This document shows, piece after piece, positions 39,663 to 40,000 of a stretch of DNA of 40,000 nt. Position 1 is the first letter of the stretch; every line of letters starts with the position of its first letter. The stretch covers positions 10,023-50,022 of the forward strand of contig DURJ01000075.1 of NCBI GenBank assembly GCA_012837285.1, in the 5' to 3' direction. The notes below the pieces were generated by a model. The model saw nothing but the letters and a program-made list of their open reading frames with translations. It was not told the origin of the DNA and did not search any database. The translations under genes were made by a program, and so were the position numbers. The DNA is from Bacillota bacterium (lineage in GTDB: Bacteria > Bacillota > DTU030 > DUMP01).

Positions 39663-40000
39663 TTAAGTCCATCCCTTTTCTTTGATAATTGTTATCGATA
39701 AGGTTTCCAACCACACATCTTCATTAAACTGGCTTATTGATATAGTTTTGATTTCAGGCCGCAAATAATTCTGATATTTTATTTTTAGATCGTTAGTAAT
39801 ATCAATTCTGCTATACTTCGCCTCCGCAAAAGAGTGATTTATTGCTATATAATAATGATTCCGGTGCGAAAACCAGGCCCAAATCCTGCTTCTTTCACCA
39901 AAATGGACTGCAACCAACACAATTTCCATTTTATGGGGCCAACTACGGCTAATTTACAGTAATACTCCTGCCGTTCTGAGGGTTTTACCCTCATTTCATC
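39663..40000 (-). CDS. Hypothetical protein truncated by the right window edge
   Basis: The frame of the 88-aa ORF 39663-39929 stays open upstream to base 40000 (DEMRVKPSERQEYYCKLAVVGPHKMEIVLVAVHFG...). Confidence 0.4.

Overview
Chromosomal window from what looks like a Gram-positive (Firmicutes/Clostridia-like) bacterium, judged from gene content (sepF, ylbF-type gene, LysM/BsuPI protein, PHP-type dnaE, class II nrdJ). Almost all genes are on the minus strand. The left 17 kb is a dense island for tetrahydromethanopterin/methanofuran (H4MPT/MFR)-linked C1 metabolism: mptA-type GTP cyclohydrolase, a CitG-like protein, two ATP-grasp ligases, mch, fwd/fhc subunits C, A, B and D, ftr, mtdB-type dehydrogenase, a DUF2193-like protein, a sigma-54 enhancer-binding regulator, RFAP synthase and a DUF447-like protein. 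A DUF1464-like kinase-fold ORF runs off the left edge and is absent from the supplied ORF track. The FwdB homologue keeps the 4Fe-4S motif (CPGCGSLCDDL...RGC) and the CHGP active-site Cys, and a separate FwdD follows it in the cluster. This suggests a true Mo/W formylmethanofuran dehydrogenase and not the hydrolytic Fhc complex of proteobacterial methylotrophs. A near-perfect sigma-54 promoter (TGGCAC-N5-TTGCA, minus strand, 13102-13087) sits just downstream of the sigma-54 activator gene and upstream of the DUF2193-like gene and the rest of the cluster. The middle 19 kb is ordinary housekeeping content (proA/proB, pyk, dnaE, sepF, aminotransferase, nrdJ, queG, pckA, malic enzyme and others). 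The last 2.5 kb looks AT-richer and accessory: a GIY-YIG nuclease-like gene, a gene broken by an in-frame TGA, and a short array of 41-42 bp-spaced repeats. No tRNA, rRNA or convincing CRISPR array was seen. All family assignments are from sequence recognition only; no database search was run.
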